Shown: piece after piece, positions 6,066 through 9,321 of the stretch | How positions within the stretch are numbered: the stretch's first letter is position 1 | Layout: each line of letters begins with the position of its first letter | Virus record (IMG/VR): IMGVR_UViG_2728369185_000012 | Origin: a virus | Taxonomy: Duplodnaviria; Heunggongvirae; Uroviricota; Caudoviricetes | Strand: one strand, 5' to 3' | Length of the DNA: 9,321 nucleotides | The notes under the pieces: generated by a model | What the model was told of the DNA's origin: nothing | Databases searched by the model: none | Seen by the model: the letters and a program-made list of their open reading frames with translations, nothing else | Position numbers and translations under genes: made by a program

Positions 6066-6742
6066 TACCGGACATTATCCTGCAGCGTACCGGGATCGAC
6101 GTGAGAGCTGTCGAACAGGGGGATGATGCATGGCACAAATTACGGCTCGGCGTCATCACCGCTTCAGAAGTTCACAACGTGATAGCAAAGCCCCGCTCAG
6201 GAAAGAAGTGGCCTGACATGAAAATGTCCTACTTCCACACCCTGCTGGCTGAGGTTTGCACCGGTGTGGCTCCGGAAGTTAATGCTAAGGCGCTGGCCTG
6301 GGGAAAACAGTACGAGAACGACGCCAGAACCCTGTTTGAATTCACTTCCGGCGTGAATATTACTGAATCCCCGATCATCTATCGCGACGAAAGTATGCGC
6401 ACCGCCTGCTCTCCCGATGGTTTATGCAGTGACGGCAACGGCCTTGAACTGAAATGCCCGTTTACCTCCCGGGATTTCATGAAATTCCGGCTCGGTGGTT
6501 TCGAGGCAATAAAATCGGCTTACATGGCCCAGGTGCAGTACAGCATGTGGGTGACGCGAAAAGATGCCTGGTACTTTGCCAACTATGACCCGCGCATGAA
6601 GCGTGAAGGCCTGCATTATGTCGTGATTGAGCGGAATGAAAAGTACATGGCGAGTTTTGACGAGATGGTGCCGGAGTTCATCGAAAAAATGGACGAGGCA
6701 CTGGCTGAAATTGGTTTTGTATTTGGGGAGCAATGGCGATGA
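6062..6742 (+). CDS. exo: Exo, lambda 5'-3' exonuclease (Redalpha), 226 aa
   Basis: Protein [54 protein letters not shown]...GFVFGEQWR is nearly identical to lambda Exo as I recall it, and the 681-nt length equals lambda exo. Confidence 0.95.
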   Translation: MIPDIILQRTGIDVRAVEQGDDAWHKLRLGVITASEVHNVIAKPRSGKKWPDMKMSYFHTLLAEVCTGVAPEVNAKALAWGKQYENDARTLFEFTSGVNITESPIIYRDESMRTACSPDGLCSDGNGLELKCPFTSRDFMKFRLGGFEAIKSAYMAQVQYSMWVTRKDAWYFANYDPRMKREGLHYVVIERNEKYMASFDEMVPEFIEKMDEALAEIGFVFGEQWR

Positions 6743-6921
6743 CGCATCCTCACGATAATATCCGGGTAGGCGCGATCACTTTCGTCTACTCCGTTACAAA
6801 GCGAGGCTGGGTATTTCCCGGCCTTTCTGTTATCAGAAATCCACTGAAAGCACAGCGGCTGGCTGAGAAGATAAATAATAAACGGGAGGCGGTATGCACA
6901 AAGCATCTCCTGTTGAGTTAA
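6739..6921 (+). CDS. Lambda orf60a-like small protein, 60 aa
   Basis: [60 protein letters not shown] matches lambda orf60a as recalled. ATG at 6739 overlaps the exo stop (ATGA). Confidence 0.8.
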   Translation: MTHPHDNIRVGAITFVYSVTKRGWVFPGLSVIRNPLKAQRLAEKINNKREAVCTKHLLLS

Positions 6922-7006
6922 GAACGAGTATTGAGATGGCACATAGCCTTGCTCAAATTGGAGTCAGGTTTGTGCCAATACCAGCAGAAACAGACGAAGA
7001 ATTTCA
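6894..7006 (+). CDS. Lambda orf63-like small protein; only the first 37 codons are visible and the 3' end lies inside the N-run
   Basis: GGGAGG RBS at 6883-6888 and ATG at 6894. [37 protein letters not shown] matches the lambda orf63 N-terminus. By the length of lambda orf63 the stop would fall near 7085, inside the masked run. Confidence 0.75.
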
Positions 7007-7100
7007 NNNNNNNNNNNNNNNNNNNNNNNNNNNNNNNNNNNNNNNNNNNNNNNNNNNNNNNNNNNNNNNNNNNNNNNNNNNNNNNNNNNNNNNNNNNNNN
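7007..7100. other. Run of 94 undetermined bases (N) covering the orf63 3' end and the junction with orf61
   Basis: Directly seen. Its length is consistent with the missing orf63 codons plus a short spacer. Confidence 1.
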
Positions 7101-7316
7101 ATGACACCTCAGCAAGAAAACGCCCTTCGCAGCATTGCCCGTCAGGCTAATTCTGAAATCAAAAAAGCCAGACAGCATTTTCCGGATAAAAACGTCGATG
7201 ACATTTGCCGTAGCGTACTAAAGAAGCACCGCGAAACGGTAACGCTGATGGGATTCACACCGACTCATTTAAGCCTGGCGATCGGCATGTTGAACGGCGT
7301 CTTTAAGGAACGGTGA
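7101..7316 (+). CDS. Lambda orf61-like small protein (start could lie inside the N-run)
   Basis: MTPQQENALRSIARQANSEIKKARQHFPDKNVDDICRSVLKKHRETVTLMGFTPTHLSLAIGMLNGVFKER with stop TGA at 7314-7316. The ATG at 7101 is the first base after the masked run. Confidence 0.75.
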   Translation: MTPQQENALRSIARQANSEIKKARQHFPDKNVDDICRSVLKKHRETVTLMGFTPTHLSLAIGMLNGVFKER

Positions 7317-7336
7317 ACATGAAAAGCAAAATCATC

Positions 7337-7361
7337 AGGGAGCTACAGGCTCCTTTTTTAT
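7337..7361 (+). terminator. Candidate rho-independent terminator
   Basis: Stem GGGAGC (7338-7343), loop TACAG, stem GCTCC (7349-7353), followed by TTTTTTATT. The stem is short, so confidence is moderate. Confidence 0.45.
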
Positions 7362-7414
7362 TATTCGCATTTACCCTCAAGCGTATTAACCAACAATTCA
7401 GGGATTAATGAAAG

Positions 7415-7633
7415 ATGGCAGACATCATTGATTCAGCATCAGAAATCGAAGAATTACAGCGCAATACAGCAATAAAAATGCGTCGTCTGAACTACCAGAC
7501 TGTATCCGCAACTCATTGTTGTGAGTGTGGCGATCCGATAGATGAGCGAAGACGCCTGGCTGTTCAGGGTTGTCGGACTTGTGCGAGTTGCCAGGAGGAG
7601 ATCGAACTTAAGAACAAACAATGGGGACTGTGA
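7415..7633 (+). CDS. TraR/DksA-family C4-type zinc-finger protein, 72 aa
   Basis: Four Cys in a C-x2-C ... C-x2-C arrangement (CCECGDPIDERRRLAVQGCRTCASC). Size and motif are typical of phage TraR-like proteins. Confidence 0.8.
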   Translation: MADIIDSASEIEELQRNTAIKMRRLNYQTVSATHCCECGDPIDERRRLAVQGCRTCASCQEEIELKNKQWGL

Positions 7634-7680
7634 TGGCCTCAAAGCAGCAAATTTCAACATCGTCCAACTGAGGTGTAAAA

Positions 7681-7959
7681 ATGTTCAGAATCATTTTTCC
7701 TAACACCTGGTACGTCGACCACCACGGCACTCCCTGCAAAATCCTGCGTTCTACCCACAACAAAGTTCACTACATCCGAAAAGGCAGAACATGTATCGCC
7801 AGCATGTTCCGCTTTAATCATGACTTTGAACCTGTGAATAAAGCTGATGCAGATCGGATAGCAGAAGAGATCGAAACGGCAGAACACATTAAGAAGTTAC
7901 GTGACATGCGTTCAAAAAGCAGAGGTAACCATGGAATCATACAGCCTCACACTCGATGA
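7681..7959 (+). CDS. Hypothetical protein, 92 aa
   Basis: GAGGTG RBS at 7670-7675, 5 nt before ATG 7681. The 3' end overlaps the xis start by 29 nt. No homology recognised. Confidence 0.55.
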   Translation: MFRIIFPNTWYVDHHGTPCKILRSTHNKVHYIRKGRTCIASMFRFNHDFEPVNKADADRIAEEIETAEHIKKLRDMRSKSRGNHGIIQPHTR

Positions 7960-8302
7960 GGCCTGTCAGTTTCTTAAGATATCCAGACCAACCGCCACCA
8001 ACTGGATACGAACAGGCCGCCTACAGGCAACACGTAAAGATCCAACCAAGCCAAAATCTCCTTACCTCACAACACGGCAAGCCTGCATTGCGGCGCTTCA
8101 GTCTCCGCTGCATACTGTCCAGGTGAGCGCGGGTGATGGCATAACAGAGGAAAGAAAATGTCACTCTTCCGCAGAAATGAAATATGGTATGCCTCGTATT
8201 CGCTCCCGGGCGGGAAACGAATTAAGGAATCTCTTGGCACAAAGGACAAGCGGCAAGCTCAGGAGTTGCACGACAAGCGAAAAGCAGAACTCTGGCGAGT
8301 AG
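7931..8302 (+). CDS. xis: Excisionase-like DNA-binding protein (AlpA/Xis-type HTH)
   Basis: AGAGG RBS then ATG 7931. N-terminus [33 protein letters not shown] is an excisionase-type HTH, located immediately upstream of int. The ORF runs 145 nt into int, so the true product may be shorter than the 123-codon ORF. Confidence 0.6.
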   Translation: MESYSLTLDEACQFLKISRPTATNWIRTGRLQATRKDPTKPKSPYLTTRQACIAALQSPLHTVQVSAGDGITEERKCHSSAEMKYGMPRIRSRAGNELRNLLAQRTSGKLRSCTTSEKQNSGE

Positions 8303-9321
8303 AAAAGCTAGGGGATTTACCTGATGTCACTTTTGAAGAGGCCTGCCTAAGATGGCTTGAGGAAAAAGCTGATAAAAAATCTCTCGATTCAGATAAAAGC
8401 CGGATTGAGTTCTGGCTTGAACATTTTGAGGGTATAAGGCTTAAAGATATCTCGGAGGCAAAGATTTACTCTGCTGTAAGCAGAATGCATAACAGAAAGA
8501 CGAAAGAAATATGGAAACAGAAAGTTCAGGCCGCCATCAGGAAAGGTAAAGAACCGCCTGTTTATGAACCAAAGCCAGTATCAACTCAGACAAAGGCAAA
8601 GCATCTTGCCATGATAAAGGCCATTCTCCGTGCTGCAGAACGCGACTGGAAGTGGCTGGAAAAAGCGCCTGTCATCAAGATACCAGCGGTCAGAAACAAG
8701 CGAGTCAGATGGCTGGAAAAGGAGGAAGCAAAACGCCTTATTGATGAGTGCCCCGAACCACTGAAATCTGTCGTCAAGTTTGCGCTGGCAACTGGTCTGA
8801 GAAAGTCGAACATCATAAATCTGGAATGGCAACAAATCGACATGCAGCGACGAGTTGCCTGGGTGAATCCAGAAGAGAGCAAATCAAACCGCGCCATTGG
8901 TGTGGCGCTGAACGATACCGCCTGTAAAGTGTTGCGTGATCAAATAGGCAAGCATCACAAATGGGTGTTTGTACATACCAAGGCGGCTAAGCGAGCAGAT
9001 GGAACATCAACGCCTGCGGTCAGGAAGATGCGCATCGACAGCAAGACATCATGGCTATCAGCTTGTCGTCGTGCAGGAATTGAAGATTTCCGTTTCCATG
9101 ACCTCAGACACACCTGGGCAAGCTGGCTGATTCAGTCAGGCGTCCCATTATCAGTGCTTCAGGAAATGGGCGGATGGGAGTCCATAGAAATGGTTCGTAG
9201 GTATGCTCACCTTGCGCCTAATCATTTGACAGAGCATGCGAGGAAAATAGACGACATTTTTGGTGATAATGTCCCAAATATGTCCCACTCTGGAATTATG
9301 GAGGATATAAAGAAGGCGTAA
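8158..9321 (+). CDS. int: Tyrosine site-specific integrase (Rac IntR-like), 387 aa
   Basis: GAGGA RBS before ATG 8158. N-terminus [40 protein letters not shown] is typical of IntR/P4-like integrases. Catalytic-region motifs [10 protein letters not shown] and the Tyr in VRRYAHL are present. Stop TAA at 9319-9321. Confidence 0.95.
   Translation: MSLFRRNEIWYASYSLPGGKRIKESLGTKDKRQAQELHDKRKAELWRVEKLGDLPDVTFEEACLRWLEEKADKKSLDSDKSRIEFWLEHFEGIRLKDISEAKIYSAVSRMHNRKTKEIWKQKVQAAIRKGKEPPVYEPKPVSTQTKAKHLAMIKAILRAAERDWKWLEKAPVIKIPAVRNKRVRWLEKEEAKRLIDECPEPLKSVVKFALATGLRKSNIINLEWQQIDMQRRVAWVNPEESKSNRAIGVALNDTACKVLRDQIGKHHKWVFVHTKAAKRADGTSTPAVRKMRIDSKTSWLSACRRAGIEDFRFHDLRHTWASWLIQSGVPLSVLQEMGGWESIEMVRRYAHLAPNHLTEHARKIDDIFGDNVPNMSHSGIMEDIKKA

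Noticed and set aside
5843-6159. Minus-strand ORFs 5843-6136 and 5893-6159
   Set aside because: Antisense to the bet/exo junction.
6422-6942. Minus-strand ORFs 6422-6733 and 6616-6942
   Set aside because: Antisense to exo and orf60a.
6918-7178. Minus-strand ORF of 86 aa
   Set aside because: Antisense and spanning the N-run.
6894-7316. Single 140-aa ORF in the track spanning the second N-run
   Set aside because: An artefact of reading through N; it joins two separate lambda-like small genes (orf63 and orf61).
7319-7408. Small 29-codon ORF (MKSKIIRELQAPFLLFAFTLKRINQQFRD)
   Set aside because: Overlaps the candidate terminator hairpin, has no RBS, and is too short to support without homology.
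7454-7887. Minus-strand ORFs 7454-7660 and 7654-7887
   Set aside because: Antisense to the TraR-like gene and the 92-aa hypothetical gene.
8067-8249. Minus-strand ORF of 60 aa
   Set aside because: Antisense to the xis/int overlap.
8581-8897. Minus-strand ORFs 8581-8835 and 8586-8897
   Set aside because: Antisense to the integrase.
1-9321. CRISPR arrays, tRNA/rRNA genes, IS elements
   Set aside because: No regular repeat-spacer array, no tRNA-like cloverleaf candidates and no transposase-like ORF with terminal inverted repeats were seen; the only tandem repeats are the ori iterons.

Overview
This window is the early/immunity region of a mosaic lambdoid prophage from an Enterobacteriaceae (E. 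coli-like) host, oriented opposite to the conventional lambda map. All calls rest on reading the sequence and recalled protein families; no database search was run. Left to right: the 5' part of replication gene P and O with five ori iterons (minus strand), a CII-equivalent gene and a Cro-like gene (minus), a divergent PR/PRM operator region, a LexA-like cI repressor (plus), then a cI-cotranscribed AT-rich 287-codon gene of unknown function ending at a strong intrinsic terminator. That gene sits where lambda carries rexA-rexB and is the best candidate for an undescribed lysogen-expressed defence or exclusion function. Next come a PL-like promoter with matching operators and about 1 kb of non-lambda sequence with no recognisable N, cIII or kil, followed by near-lambda gam(short form)-bet-exo-orf60a-orf63-orf61, a TraR-like zinc-finger gene, a hypothetical gene, xis and a Rac IntR-like integrase. 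Two runs of N (5317-5497, 7007-7100) interrupt bet and the orf63/orf61 junction.
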